A DNA stretch of 64,000 bases, taken from the NCBI GenBank assembly GCA_002310095.1, contig DBYH01000018.1, forward strand, positions 435-64,434, read 5' to 3'. The translations under genes were made by a program, and so were the position numbers. Below are positions 10,199 through 23,059 of this stretch, in pieces; position 1 is the first letter of the stretch, and each line of letters starts with the position of its first letter. The notes under the pieces are model-generated. The model did no database searches, was not told the origin of the DNA, and saw only the letters and a list, made by a program, of their open reading frames with translations. The DNA comes from Firmicutes bacterium UBA1191 (GTDB lineage: Bacteria; Bacillota; Clostridia; Peptostreptococcales; Anaerovoracaceae).

Positions 10199-10230
10199 AG
10201 GAGTCATCAGCCGAATCGCCGATGACTCCT
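10199..10230 (-). terminator. Hairpin terminator after Cof-type HAD gene
   Basis: Perfect 10-bp stem AGGAGTCATC/GATGACTCCT, followed on the minus strand by TATATTTG. Confidence 0.55.
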
Positions 10231-10258
10231 GTCGTTGTTTGCATGTTGGCGCGCCTGG

Positions 10259-11080
10259 CTACAGCACGTACTTTTCCACCGCAGCGGCCACTCCGTCTTT
10301 GTCGTGGTCAGGAGCGATGAAGTCAGCTATGGCCTTGACCTCGGGCTTGGCGTTGCCCACTGCGACAGCTATTCCCGCCGCCTTCATCATTGCCATGTCG
10401 TTAGGGCTGTCCCCCGCCGCCATCATCTCGGACCGGTCGATGCCCAGTAGCTTTCCCATCTGCCTGAGTGCTTCGGCCTTGCTGGTGGTGGCCCCGCCGA
10501 TCTCCAGATTGTGGTCGAAGGAACTCGTGATGGTCACGTCAGGAAGTGTCTCAAGTTTTTCCTTCATGGCAGGCTTTCTTGAGAGGTCCTCGAAGTTGAC
10601 ATTTACATTTTCCAGCTCACCTTTGTGCTCCAGCATGAAGCTGTAGATGTTTTCTACAGGATTGCGGGTGTTGAGTATGTAGTCAACGCCGCGGAAGCAC
10701 TTTCTCGTCTCCTCCACCTGCCTGTAGTACCAGCCCTCGATATAGGCCACGCCGTCCACGAAGGTCTCGAGTATGTAGTCGAGAGGCTCCAGCATCTCCA
10801 CAGCCGCCTCAACAGCGTGTGGCGCTATGCAGTTCTCGTAGAAGGCCCTGCCCTCGTGCAGGTCCGTTATCCTGGCGCCGTTTGACGTAAGCACGTATCT
10901 CACGGGCTCGAAATCCAGAATCTCCTGCGGCAGAGCGCAGAAAGGCCGCCCCGTGGCTATGACGATGTTGACGCCTTTGTCAGCCGCCGCCTGCAGGGCT
11001 CTCCTGTTTCCCTCGCTCAGTTTGCTTTCCTTGTTCAGCGTCGTCCCGTCCAGGTCCAGCGCTATGAGTTTAATTGCCAT
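10259..11080 (-). CDS. Cof-type HAD-IIB family hydrolase
   Basis: IALDLDGTTL, IATGRP, SNGA, SKAEAL, AAGDSPNDMAM. Confidence 0.93.
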   Translation of the reverse strand: MAIKLIALDLDGTTLNKESKLSEGNRRALQAAADKGVNIVIATGRPFCALPQEILDFEPVRYVLTSNGARITDLHEGRAFYENCIAPHAVEAAVEMLEPLDYILETFVDGVAYIEGWYYRQVEETRKCFRGVDYILNTRNPVENIYSFMLEHKGELENVNVNFEDLSRKPAMKEKLETLPDVTITSSFDHNLEIGGATTSKAEALRQMGKLLGIDRSEMMAAGDSPNDMAMMKAAGIAVAVGNAKPEVKAIADFIAPDHDKDGVAAAVEKYVL

Positions 11081-11684
11081 TTACTATCTCCAGAAATTCC
11101 AGATTGATCTTTCTTACTGTCTTCATCGTTGCGGGATCGCCGTGTCCCGGATATATGGTCAGGTCGTTCCCCCATTTGTTCACCACGTTCAGAATGCTGT
11201 CCGCCATCTCTTCGTAGCTTCCGTCATTCAGGTCCGTCCTGCCCAGGTCCGCGTTGAAGATCGTGTCCCCTGTAAAGCAGACCCTGTCTCTCTCCGCCAT
11301 GAGGCAGATTCCGCCTTTGGTGTGGCCCGGGGTGTGGATTACGACGAGCTTCACATTGCCGGACGGACTGCCTTTGCCTCCCACGGTTTCAAGCACGTCG
11401 CCGTCCTCGAGCAGCACATCGGCGCCCTCTCTGAACTTGTCCGCGTCCTCCCGGTGGATCATGATCGGGCAGTCCAGTTCCTTTCTCAGGCGCGCCGCCG
11501 CCCCGCTGTGGTCCGAGTGATGATGCGTCAGTATTATTCCTTCAGGCGCAAAAGCATTATCCCTTACGTACTTAATGACTCTGTTGGGGTCGTAGCCGGG
11601 ATCGATTATGAAGCAGGCTGCTTTTGCGCTGACCACGTAGCAGTTTGCCTCCAGAATTCCGCCGATGAATCGTTTTGTCTCCAC
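11070..11684 (-). CDS. MBL-fold metallo-hydrolase (glyoxalase II-like)
   Basis: IIDPG, THHHSDHSG, HTPGHT, FTGDTIF, YPGHG. GTG start at 11684 after AAAGGAG. Confidence 0.9.
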   Translation of the reverse strand: METKRFIGGILEANCYVVSAKAACFIIDPGYDPNRVIKYVRDNAFAPEGIILTHHHSDHSGAAARLRKELDCPIMIHREDADKFREGADVLLEDGDVLETVGGKGSPSGNVKLVVIHTPGHTKGGICLMAERDRVCFTGDTIFNADLGRTDLNDGSYEEMADSILNVVNKWGNDLTIYPGHGDPATMKTVRKINLEFLEIVNGN

Positions 11685-11743
11685 TGGTCTGTTCTCCTTT
11701 TGTAACCCGTTTATTGTACCATGCGCAAAACGCAACATTCAAC

Positions 11744-11771
11744 TTGAAATCCGTGCGAATAGTTGTATAAT
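11744..11771 (+). promoter_or_regulatory. sigma-A-type promoter of trkA operon
   Basis: TTGAAA(11744-49)-N16-TATAAT(11766-71), followed by RBS AAGGAG and ATG 11804. Confidence 0.6.
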
Positions 11772-11803
11772 ATGTCGTGTTTTAAGAAAAAGGAGTATTT
11801 AGC

Positions 11804-13174
11804 ATGAAAGTAGCAATTGTCGGCGCCGGCAAGCTGGGTATGGCGGTTACCAATACTCTTCTTGGCGGCGACCACGCTGTAACAATAATAGACACTGATG
11901 AGAACCTTCTGCAGAAGGTCAGTTCCCATATCGATGTGCTGACTGTTACCGCCAACGCCAAGGATATCAAGGCGCTGAAGAACGTCGGCATCTCGACGTA
12001 CGACTTTCTCATCGCGACCACGTCCAACGACGAGACCAACCTTGTAATCTGTTCATTCGCCAAAAAGCTGGGCTGCGCAAAGGTTATCGCCAGAGTCCGC
12101 GACCCTGAGCACATGCGTCAGATCCAGTTCATCAAGGACCTGATGAATGTTGACTACATCATCAATCCTGACCTTGAAATAACCAACGAGATCTACAAGT
12201 ACCTGGTCGAGAAGTACACCCTGAGCAACGGCATCTTCTCATCGGGCAAGATCTCCCTGCTGGAGTTCAAAGCCAGCAGATACAAGTCCCTGGTCGATCT
12301 GCCGATCGCTGAGTTCTCGGGCATCCTGCCGGGCATGCTGGCAGTAGGCATCTCGAGAAACGGGAAGGTCATCATCCCTCACGGCGGCGATATCATCCAG
12401 CAGGACGACGTTCTCTACGTCGTAGGCGAAAAGGATCCGATCCAGACCCTCAGTAAGAAGGTCCACGAGAGAGGCAAGTACACCGACCTGCAGAAAGTAA
12501 TGATCATGGGCGGCGGAAAGACAGGTTTCTACCTTGCTGAGAAGCTCTCCGAGTACGGAGCTTCCGTCAAGATCGTCGAGCGCGACAAGAGCAGATGCTT
12601 CTATCTGTCCACCCACCTGGACGACGTAATGGTCCTCAACGGCGACGCCACGGACCTGCAGCTTCTGGAGGAGGAGAATCTGGACGGAATGGACGCTGTC
12701 GTAACCTGCACGGGCTTCGACGAGGATAACCTGCTTCTGGCTCTCACAGCCAAGCAGCACGGCATCGAAGACGTAATCGCCAAGGTCAGCCGCAGGAGCT
12801 ACGCGGAGATCATCTCCGCCATGGGAATTGACATGGCTCTCAACCCTATCGACATCGTTACGAGCATAATCCTGCGTCTCGTTCAGGGAAACAAAAAGGT
12901 TCTTTCGTCCCAGCTGATTCAGGGACAGGCCGAAATAATGGAAGTATACGCCACGCCTCATATGGATATCCTCGGCGTGCCGCTCAAGGATCTTGAACTT
13001 CCTTCGAGTGTCATCATCGCGGCCATCCACAGAGGAAACCAGGTAATAATACCTCATGGCGATACAGTAATAGAGGAAGATGACAGGCTTCTTATGCTGA
13101 GTCTGATCAGCGACATCGCAAGCACGGAAAAACTGCTGAAAGATTCAGGAAAGCTGGGATTCTTCAAAGGTTAG
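11804..13174 (+). CDS. trkA: Trk potassium uptake system NAD-binding subunit TrkA
   Basis: 456 aa with two RCK_N Rossmann motifs (GAGKLG, GGGKTG) and two RCK_C domains (IIPHG). Confidence 0.93.
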   Translation: MKVAIVGAGKLGMAVTNTLLGGDHAVTIIDTDENLLQKVSSHIDVLTVTANAKDIKALKNVGISTYDFLIATTSNDETNLVICSFAKKLGCAKVIARVRDPEHMRQIQFIKDLMNVDYIINPDLEITNEIYKYLVEKYTLSNGIFSSGKISLLEFKASRYKSLVDLPIAEFSGILPGMLAVGISRNGKVIIPHGGDIIQQDDVLYVVGEKDPIQTLSKKVHERGKYTDLQKVMIMGGGKTGFYLAEKLSEYGASVKIVERDKSRCFYLSTHLDDVMVLNGDATDLQLLEEENLDGMDAVVTCTGFDEDNLLLALTAKQHGIEDVIAKVSRRSYAEIISAMGIDMALNPIDIVTSIILRLVQGNKKVLSSQLIQGQAEIMEVYATPHMDILGVPLKDLELPSSVIIAAIHRGNQVIIPHGDTVIEEDDRLLMLSLISDIASTEKLLKDSGKLGFFKG

Positions 13175-13178
13175 CAAT

Positions 13179-14639
13179 ATGCGATGCACATTCGGAGCAT
13201 TATTTAAAATAGTGGGAGTTATTACGGTGGCACTTAGCGTGGCTATGGTGCCACCTGTTTTGGTGTGCGTATATTACGGCGAAAACCACGCCGCCTCCGG
13301 ACTGTTCCACTCAATCTGGGTCGGCGTGATCGTCGGTATGGGCATGTTCCTGCTTTTGCGCCACATACACAGGACACCGACTGTCCGAGACGGTTACCTC
13401 CTTCTGGCGACCCTCTGGATAGCGGCTTCCATTTTCGGCGCGTTTCCGTACTATTTTTCCGATGTGCTCACAAATCCGATAGACGCCTTCTTTGAATCCG
13501 TTTCCGGATTCTCCACTACAGGCGCCTCGGTGTTCTATGATATTGAAGAGGTTCCTAAGGGAATCCTTCTGTGGAGGTCCATGACCTCATGGCTGGGCGG
13601 AGCCGGCATACTGCTCTTCGCCGTGGCCCTCATGCCAAGTCTTGGCGTTAACGGCACAAGCGTCGCTGAACCTGACAAGCCTTCCGTAAGGCTCGACCAC
13701 ATTACGCCGAAAATCATGCGCATATTCGTGGGAATAATGATCTCATACTCGATCATAACTCTCATTGAGATAATTCTCCTCTGCATAGGAGGCATGGGAC
13801 TGTATGATTCTTTCATACATGCTCTGGGAACGGTGAGCACCGGCGGATTCTCAAACTATAACGACGGAATCATGCACTTCGACGGCATCTTCATAAGGGT
13901 CGTCATCGTGTTCTTCATGATCGTGGCGGGCACGAACTTCACTATGTTCTACTCATTCTCACGCAGAGGCCTCAAGGCTTTCTACGAGGACACGGAGTTC
14001 ATCGCCTACTGGATCATAATGGTCATTGCCTCCGCGCTCATATTCGGAGGACTCTTCATATGGGATACAGGCTGGACTCACACCGGCGAGGCAGCGAACG
14101 CAGCCTTCATGGCAGTGTCCACACTCACCACCACGGGTTTTGTCTCGGACAACTACACCCTCTGGCCTGCCTTTGCGCAGATGATAATCGTTCTGCTCAT
14201 GATCATAGGCGGCTGCTCATCATCCACCAGCAGCGGCAACAAGGTCGTCCGTCTGGTCGTGATTGCCAAGCTTGTCCTGCACGGACTGCAGACCAGACTG
14301 CACCCAAACGTAATAAAGCCTGTAAAGCTGAACAGAAAGGATCTGCCGAACGATACGGTTTCAGCAGTATCCAATCACATGTTCCTCTTCGTCGTCATGG
14401 TCTTCTTCGGAGTTTTCGTACTGTCCCTTGAAAACCTGAATATGGCGGAGTGCTTTACCGCGTCGATATCACTCATGAACAACGTGGGACCATGCTTCGG
14501 AGACGTAGGAATCGGAGGCGGATTCGGCGGCTTCAACGCATTTACAAAGATATTCATGTCTTTCCTTATGCTCGCGGGCAGACTTGAATTCTACACGATT
14601 CTCGTCATGCTTACCCCGGGCTTCTGGAGGGCTAATTAA
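13179..14639 (+). CDS. trkH: TrkH family potassium uptake membrane protein (copy 1)
   Basis: FESVSGFSTTGAS, WLGGAG, VSTGGFS, TTTGF, NNVGP, LAGRLE. Confidence 0.92.
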   Translation: MRCTFGALFKIVGVITVALSVAMVPPVLVCVYYGENHAASGLFHSIWVGVIVGMGMFLLLRHIHRTPTVRDGYLLLATLWIAASIFGAFPYYFSDVLTNPIDAFFESVSGFSTTGASVFYDIEEVPKGILLWRSMTSWLGGAGILLFAVALMPSLGVNGTSVAEPDKPSVRLDHITPKIMRIFVGIMISYSIITLIEIILLCIGGMGLYDSFIHALGTVSTGGFSNYNDGIMHFDGIFIRVVIVFFMIVAGTNFTMFYSFSRRGLKAFYEDTEFIAYWIIMVIASALIFGGLFIWDTGWTHTGEAANAAFMAVSTLTTTGFVSDNYTLWPAFAQMIIVLLMIIGGCSSSTSSGNKVVRLVVIAKLVLHGLQTRLHPNVIKPVKLNRKDLPNDTVSAVSNHMFLFVVMVFFGVFVLSLENLNMAECFTASISLMNNVGPCFGDVGIGGGFGGFNAFTKIFMSFLMLAGRLEFYTILVMLTPGFWRAN

Positions 14640-14649
14640 GGTCATATAG

Positions 14650-16128
14650 ATGGAATCATTCGAAACAAAAGTAACAAACTACAGAGCGATATTCAGGATT
14701 CTGGGTATCATCATACTGATCATCGGAATAGCTGAGCTGTTCCCTTGGGTGTACGCGGAGGCTACAGGCGACAGCGGGTCTGTCTTTGCCTTCCGTTTGT
14801 GCGCGCCAATTACCATCGCTATCGGCCTTGTCATGTTCCGCATGATAAAGACCGGCCGCTCAAGATTCGGCGCCAGAGAAGGATATCTGGTCGTCGCCCT
14901 CTGCTGGGTGGTCGCTTCAATAGTGGGCGCGTTCCCGTACCTGCTTTCGGGATTCTTCGACAACTACATCGACTCGTTCTTCGAGTCGGCTTCGGGATTT
15001 ACGACGACGGGCTGCACTGTCGCAGACCGCGGAATGCTCACTCACTCCCTGCTGCTCTGGAAAGCCATCTCACACTGGCTGGGCGGCATGGGAATACTCG
15101 TGTTCGTAATCTCCCTCCTGCCTGCTCTCGGCATAAACGGGCAGATAATCGCAAGGGCGGAGATGCCGGGACCTGTTCTCCAAAAGACCACGGTCCGCAT
15201 GAGCGATTCCGCAAAGGCACTCTACATCACGTACATTACATTTACTTTGGCGGAGTTCATCCTTCTGATGCTCTCGGGCAAGATGAGCGTATACGACGGA
15301 GTCATCACTACACTTGGAAGCATCAGCACCGGCGGACTTCTGGTCCACCCTCAGGGCATAGCGTACTACGGCAGCGTCTACATCGAGCTGGTAATATCCT
15401 TCTTCTGTCTGCTGGCCGCCGTAAACTTCGTTCTGTACCACTACATACTGACGGGCAAGTTCTCATACTTCGTCAAGGACCTTGAGCTGCGCGCCTACGC
15501 TATCATTATCGCGGGCTCGACGATCATATGCACAGCCGGACTGATCGCCTTCAGAGGAGACAGTCTGGGCCCTGCGCTCCGTGACTCATTCTTCCAGGTC
15601 GTCAGCTTCGCGACTACCGCGGGATATACGAGAACTCCTTACATGTTCTGGCCGACTGTATGCCAGCTGATTCTGCTCATGATCATGTTCATAGGCGGAT
15701 GCTCCGCTTCAACAGCGGGATCTATCAAGGTCATCCGTATCCTTGTCATGCTCAAGATGATCGCTCGCGGCTGCATACGCAGAGTGCATCCTCGTTCGGT
15801 CGTTGCCGTCAAACTCGGCAGCGGCTCGGTCTCGGCGCCGGTCGTATCGGGAATCACCGTATTCCTCTTCACATATATGGGCATATTCCTGTTCTCCTCC
15901 CTCGTTCTCTCCCTGCAGGGAACCGATATGGAAACCAGTTTCACATCGACACTGTGCATGCTCTCCAACACGGGAGCGTCATTCGGCTACGGAGCTTCCA
16001 TGGGGAACTTCTCTTTCTATCATCCGCTGTTGAAGCTTTACCTGAGCGCCATCATGATCGTCGGAAGACTCGAACTGTTCACGATCATCATCCTGTTCAC
16101 CAGGAACTTCTGGAGCAGGAACCGCTAA
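14650..16128 (+). CDS. trkH: TrkH family potassium uptake membrane protein (copy 2)
   Basis: FESASGFTTTG, WLGGMGI, ISTGG, TTAGY, GGCSASTAGSIK, VGRLE. Confidence 0.92.
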   Translation: MESFETKVTNYRAIFRILGIIILIIGIAELFPWVYAEATGDSGSVFAFRLCAPITIAIGLVMFRMIKTGRSRFGAREGYLVVALCWVVASIVGAFPYLLSGFFDNYIDSFFESASGFTTTGCTVADRGMLTHSLLLWKAISHWLGGMGILVFVISLLPALGINGQIIARAEMPGPVLQKTTVRMSDSAKALYITYITFTLAEFILLMLSGKMSVYDGVITTLGSISTGGLLVHPQGIAYYGSVYIELVISFFCLLAAVNFVLYHYILTGKFSYFVKDLELRAYAIIIAGSTIICTAGLIAFRGDSLGPALRDSFFQVVSFATTAGYTRTPYMFWPTVCQLILLMIMFIGGCSASTAGSIKVIRILVMLKMIARGCIRRVHPRSVVAVKLGSGSVSAPVVSGITVFLFTYMGIFLFSSLVLSLQGTDMETSFTSTLCMLSNTGASFGYGASMGNFSFYHPLLKLYLSAIMIVGRLELFTIIILFTRNFWSRNR

Positions 16129-16139
16129 TGAAAGCAAAT

Positions 16140-16171
16140 AAAAACGCCCGCTTACGCGGGCGTTTCTTTTT
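16140..16171. terminator. Bidirectional intrinsic terminator between trkH and hppA
   Basis: AAAACGCCCGC-TTAC-GCGGGCGTTT with A-tract before and T-tract after, between convergent genes. Confidence 0.85.
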
Positions 16172-16179
16172 GTCTCTGA

Positions 16180-18216
16180 TTATCCGATCAGACCTCCGAT
16201 GGCTACGAACAGTGGAGCGAATACTACTGATACGATAGTCATGAGCTTGATCAGGATGTTGATTGACGGACCGGAAGTGTCCTTGAACGGGTCACCTACC
16301 GTGTCGCCTACTACTGTGGCCTTGTGGGTGTCTGAACCCTTGCCGCCGTAAGCTCCGCCTTCAACGTACTTCTTGGCGTTGTCCCATGCGCCGCCGGCGT
16401 TCGCCATCATCAGGGCGAGGAGTACGCCTGCCGCGAGAGCGCCTGCCAGCATTCCGCCGAGGGCCTCAGGTCCGAGAATGATACCAACTGCCAGAGGAGC
16501 GATGATGGCCATGAGACCAGGAACGATCATTTCCTTCAGCGCTGCCTGGGTTGAGATGTCAACGCAGTGAGCGTAGTCAGGTTTGGAAGTTCCAGCCAGG
16601 ATGCCGTCGTCTTCTCTGAACTGTCTTCTTACTTCTTCGATCATCTGGTTAGCAGCTCTTCCGACTGAGTTCATGGTGAAAGCCGAGAACATGAACGGAA
16701 GCATTGCTCCGATGAACAGACCGATGATTACGATCGGGTTGAGCAGCGAGATTGCAGTCAGGCCTGTTACTGCTGAGTATGAAGCGAACAGAGCCAGAGC
16801 AGTCAGAGCCGCGGAACCGATTGCGAAGCCTTTGCCTATGGCCGCCGTGGTGTTTCCTACAGCGTCCAGCTTGTCAGTGATGTTACGTACGCCTTCAGGC
16901 AGTTCCGACATCTCGGCGATTCCGCCGGCGTTGTCGGATACAGGGCCGTAAGCGTCGACCGCAACAGTCATTCCAGTAGTTGACAGCATGCCTACAGCAG
17001 CGAGAGCGATTCCGTACATTCCCATGCCGGCGCCGACTGTCTCAGTTGCGAAGTAAGCAGCGAAGATGCCTACTGAGATGCAGATGATCGGCCATACTGT
17101 GGACATCATGCCGACGCCCAGACCTGAGATGATGGTCGTAGCCGAACCAGTCTGTGACTGCTCAGCGATCTTCTTTACTGACTTGTAATCTTCTGAAGTG
17201 TAGATCTCGGTAATCTTACCAATCGCGACACCGACGATGAGGCCGGCGATGATTGCTACTGAGAAAGCGAAGCTTCCCAGCATTGCCTTTGAAAGGATGA
17301 TCGATACGATTACTACGATACCGCTTGCGATGTATGTTCCAGCGTTAAGGGCGTTGGCAGGGTTTGAACCTTCCTTGCCTCTAACGAGGAGAATGCCGAT
17401 TACTGAAGCGATGATTCCGACCGCAGCCATGATCAGCGGGAAGATAGCCGCTGTTGCTTCATCGAAGAGTCCGCCTGACGCGCCGGCAGCTACTGCCGCC
17501 AGAGTGATGGCTGAAATGATCGATCCGCAGTATGACTCATAAAGGTCGGAGCCCATGCCCGCAACGTCGCCTACGTTGTCGCCTACGTTGTCGGCGATAA
17601 CTGCCGGGTTACGAGGGTCGTCTTCAGGGATACCGGCTTCAACCTTACCGACGAGGTCAGCGCCTACGTCAGCAGCCTTGGTGTAGATACCGCCGCCCAC
17701 ACGTCCGAACAGTGCCATTGATGAAGCGCCGAATCCGAAACCTGTTACGCACTGTACAACAGTCGCCAGCTTCAGGCATACCATTACCATGCCAAGTCCG
17801 AACAGTCCAAGACCTGCAACAGCCAGACCCATTACCGCTCCTGATCTGAACGCTACCTTGAGGGCTTTGTTCATGCCGCCGTCCTTGGCAGCATTCGCTG
17901 TTCTTACGTTACCCCATGTAGCAACATTCATTCCGAAGAATCCGGCAAGAACTGACAGGACCGCTCCGCAGATGTAGAGAATGCCTGTTACCCAGTTGAT
18001 GCAGAATCCGATGAGCAGGAACAGGACCGCGATTACGATAACCATGATCTTGTACTCTCTCTTCAGGAACGCAAAGGCACCTTCCCTGATAAATCCGGAT
18101 ATCTCCTTCATTCTGTCAGTGCCCTGATCCTGTTTCTTGATCCATGTAGCAAGAACTACTGCTACGATCAGTCCTACGATCGCTGCGCAAACAGCAATCA
18201 CAGCTATTCCTTTCAT
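16180..18216 (-). CDS. hppA: Membrane-bound ion-translocating pyrophosphatase, K+-dependent type
   Basis: [59 protein letters not shown] carries Ala at the K+-dependence position. Na+ versus H+ specificity not determined. Confidence 0.95.
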   Translation of the reverse strand: MKGIAVIAVCAAIVGLIVAVVLATWIKKQDQGTDRMKEISGFIREGAFAFLKREYKIMVIVIAVLFLLIGFCINWVTGILYICGAVLSVLAGFFGMNVATWGNVRTANAAKDGGMNKALKVAFRSGAVMGLAVAGLGLFGLGMVMVCLKLATVVQCVTGFGFGASSMALFGRVGGGIYTKAADVGADLVGKVEAGIPEDDPRNPAVIADNVGDNVGDVAGMGSDLYESYCGSIISAITLAAVAAGASGGLFDEATAAIFPLIMAAVGIIASVIGILLVRGKEGSNPANALNAGTYIASGIVVIVSIILSKAMLGSFAFSVAIIAGLIVGVAIGKITEIYTSEDYKSVKKIAEQSQTGSATTIISGLGVGMMSTVWPIICISVGIFAAYFATETVGAGMGMYGIALAAVGMLSTTGMTVAVDAYGPVSDNAGGIAEMSELPEGVRNITDKLDAVGNTTAAIGKGFAIGSAALTALALFASYSAVTGLTAISLLNPIVIIGLFIGAMLPFMFSAFTMNSVGRAANQMIEEVRRQFREDDGILAGTSKPDYAHCVDISTQAALKEMIVPGLMAIIAPLAVGIILGPEALGGMLAGALAAGVLLALMMANAGGAWDNAKKYVEGGAYGGKGSDTHKATVVGDTVGDPFKDTSGPSINILIKLMTIVSVVFAPLFVAIGGLIG

Positions 18217-18352
18217 TTTAAGTAGTACCTCCTCCTCGCGCCCGGCCGTCTTATGTCATTCTTAAATGATGTTTTAAGAGGCGCCTTGCCTGACACCTCT
18301 TAAATAAACCGCCTTGTGCGAAAAAAATTAAACACTATGAAATATTAACAAT

Positions 18353-18583
18353 TTACTCTACTGCCACCAGTACGATTGAAATCAGTATGAACAGAACCGC
18401 GGTTACTGTTGCGATCTTGCTGAGAAGCGCATCGTAACCGGAGCTTCTCTTCTTGCCGAAGAGCTGCTCTGCTCCGCCGCCGATGGAACCTGACAGACCG
18501 GCACTTCTGCTCTCCTGAAGCAGGATGCTGACTATCAGTACAATACTGGCAACCAGAAGAATAATTTTAAGAGCTAACGTCAT
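18353..18583 (-). CDS. secG: Preprotein translocase subunit SecG
   Basis: 76 aa, two TM helices, ILLQESRSAGLSGSIGGGAEQLFG, downstream of eno. Confidence 0.93.
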   Translation of the reverse strand: MTLALKIILLVASIVLIVSILLQESRSAGLSGSIGGGAEQLFGKKRSSGYDALLSKIATVTAVLFILISIVLVAVE

Positions 18584-18663
18584 TTTTCATCTCCTCCTAA
18601 TCTAACTTAAACAGTTTAACATGGGAGATTTGCAAAAGCAACCTATTTTAGCCCTCAAAATGG

Positions 18664-20735
<2,072 letters not shown>

Positions 20736-20755
20736 TCTCTTTCTCCTCTGGCGCT

Positions 20756-21940
20756 CTATTTCTCTTCGATGCAGGCTATGCCCGGCAGTTCGCGTCCTTC
20801 CAGGAATTCCATGGAGGCGCCGCCGCCTGTGGAAACGTGGGTCATCTTGTCTTTGAGTCCGAACTGTTCGACCGCCGCCGCCGAATCTCCGCCGCCGATA
20901 ATCGTCGTGGCGTCTGAATCAGCCAGGGCCTGCGCTATTGCCTTTGTACCTGCTTCGAACTTAGGGTTCTCGAAGACTCCCATAGGTCCGTTCCATACGA
21001 TGGTCTTCGCCTTGGCGATGGCGTCCTCGTACAGAGCGATGGTCTTAGGACCGATGTCCATTCCCATCAGGTTCGCAGGGATCTTGTCGGAGTCGTAAAC
21101 TTCGACCACGTTGTTGGCCTCGAAGTCGTCCGTGCATACCGTGTCTACCGGAAGCAGTATCTCGACGCCGGCGTCCTTTGCCTTTACGAGAATCTCCTTC
21201 GTAAAGTCGATGCTGTCAGCGTCCAGGAGTGACTTGCCGATCTCGTATCCCAGACCCTTGAAAAATGTGTAGCTCATGCCGCCGCCGATCAGTATCTGGT
21301 CGACCTTGCCGAGCAGGTTCTCCATGACCGGGATCTTGGTCTCGACCTTGGCGCCGCCCAGGATGGCAAGCAGAGGTCTTTCAGGTGACTCGAGAGCGTC
21401 TCCCAGGAACTTGACTTCCTTCTCGATGAGGAATCCGGAGACTGTCGGCAGGTATCTGGCCAGCCCCGCTGTGGAGCTGTGGTCTCTGTGGGCAGTTCCA
21501 AAAGCATCATTGACGAAGAGTTCGCCCAGTGACGCCAGTTCGCCTGTGAACGGTTCCTCGCTCTTGGTCTCTTCAGCCCTGTATCTCGTGTTCTCCAGAA
21601 GCATGACTTCACCCGGCTCGAGATTGGCCGCCATAGCCCTTACTTCATCGTCAATGACGACCGGGCATGCCGCGAACTGCACTCTCTGTCCGAGCAGTTC
21701 CTCGAGTCTTCTGGCGACAGGTACGAGCGAGAGCTCAGGCTTCGGTTCACCCTTCGGCTTGCCCATGTGGGACATGAGGATTACCCGCGCCTTGTTTTCA
21801 ATGAGGTATTTGATCGTAGGCAGAGCTGCCACGATTCTGAAATCATCGGTGATCTCGCCGTCCTTCATCGGAACGTTGAAGTCGCATCTGCAGAGAACTC
21901 TTACACCGTTAAGTTCAACATCTCTTACTGTCTTTTTCAT
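20756..21940 (-). CDS. pgk: Phosphoglycerate kinase
   Basis: [45 protein letters not shown]. Confidence 0.97.
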   Translation of the reverse strand: MKKTVRDVELNGVRVLCRCDFNVPMKDGEITDDFRIVAALPTIKYLIENKARVILMSHMGKPKGEPKPELSLVPVARRLEELLGQRVQFAACPVVIDDEVRAMAANLEPGEVMLLENTRYRAEETKSEEPFTGELASLGELFVNDAFGTAHRDHSSTAGLARYLPTVSGFLIEKEVKFLGDALESPERPLLAILGGAKVETKIPVMENLLGKVDQILIGGGMSYTFFKGLGYEIGKSLLDADSIDFTKEILVKAKDAGVEILLPVDTVCTDDFEANNVVEVYDSDKIPANLMGMDIGPKTIALYEDAIAKAKTIVWNGPMGVFENPKFEAGTKAIAQALADSDATTIIGGGDSAAAVEQFGLKDKMTHVSTGGGASMEFLEGRELPGIACIEEK

Positions 21941-21969
21941 AATGCTGATCCTTTCACCTGTATTGGTAA

Positions 21970-22989
21970 TTACTTGTTATCCACACTGTACATGTGTCTT
22001 ATGAGCTCAAGAACCTTTGTAGCATAACCGTACTCGTTATCATAGTAAGCGATCAGCTTGAAGAATGTGTCGTTCAGAGCGATGCCCATCTTCGCGTCGT
22101 AGATCGACGTGTTGGTGTCGCCGATGAAGTCGACGGTTACGCACTCGTCATCGACATATTCCAGAATGCCCTTGAGTTCGCCTTCTGCAGCCTTCTTGAC
22201 TGCGGCGTTGATTTCTTCCAGAGTAGTCGGCTTCTTCAGGATTACGTTCAGGTCTACTACTGATACGTCGCTTGTAGGAACTCTGTAAGCCAGACCTGTC
22301 ATCTTGCCCTTCAGTGAAGGGATGACCTTCGCTACTGCCTTTGCGGCGCCTGTTGTGGTAGGAATGATGTTGTTGAAAATTGAACGTCCTACTCTCCAGT
22401 CCTTCATGTTTCTCTTGTCGACTGTGGACTGTTTTGAAGTCGTGGCGTGAATCGTAGCCATGAGTCCCTGATCGATTCCGAATTCGTCCTCCAGAACCTT
22501 GCAGAGAGGAGCGAGGCAGTTAGTCGTGCAGGATGCGTTCGATACTACCTGCATGTCAGGCGTGTATGTGTCAAGGTTTACGCCGCAGACGAATGTAGGA
22601 GTTTCCTCATCCTTTGCAGGAGCCGTGATGATTACCTTCTTTGCTCCGCCCGCCTCGATGTAAGGCATGCACTTCTCTGTCGTGTTGTAAGCGCCTGTTC
22701 CTTCCACGATGTACTCAGCTCCGCACTTAGTCCAGTCAACCTTGGATATGTCGCTTTCGCTGTAGACAGGAACCTTTTTGCCATCGATGATCAGGCCGTC
22801 TTCATATCTGTCGAGTTCTTTTGGAAATCTACCGAATACCGAGTCATACTTCAGCATGTAAACCAGATAATCCAGATCCGCGTTACGGTAGTTGATTCCC
22901 GCGATTTCAATGTCCGGCATGTCCATTGCCGAACGGATCGCCAAACGTGAGATACGTCCAAATCCACTGATTCCAACTTTGATTGCCAT
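21970..22989 (-). CDS. gap: Type I glyceraldehyde-3-phosphate dehydrogenase (operonic copy, atypical coenzyme-binding residues)
   Basis: GFGRI, catalytic [28 protein letters not shown]. Start at ATG 22989 after GGAGG. Confidence 0.94.
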   Translation of the reverse strand: MAIKVGISGFGRISRLAIRSAMDMPDIEIAGINYRNADLDYLVYMLKYDSVFGRFPKELDRYEDGLIIDGKKVPVYSESDISKVDWTKCGAEYIVEGTGAYNTTEKCMPYIEAGGAKKVIITAPAKDEETPTFVCGVNLDTYTPDMQVVSNASCTTNCLAPLCKVLEDEFGIDQGLMATIHATTSKQSTVDKRNMKDWRVGRSIFNNIIPTTTGAAKAVAKVIPSLKGKMTGLAYRVPTSDVSVVDLNVILKKPTTLEEINAAVKKAAEGELKGILEYVDDECVTVDFIGDTNTSIYDAKMGIALNDTFFKLIAYYDNEYGYATKVLELIRHMYSVDNK

Positions 22990-23059
22990 AGCTATTTCCT
23001 CCTGAAACAAATATCTTCAATTTAATAATAGATTTATTTATATATCAGCCCGTAAGGGG

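Noticed and set aside
11685-11803. c-di-AMP riboswitch ahead of trkA
   Set aside because: The promoter lies about 30 nt from the start codon, leaving no room for the aptamer.
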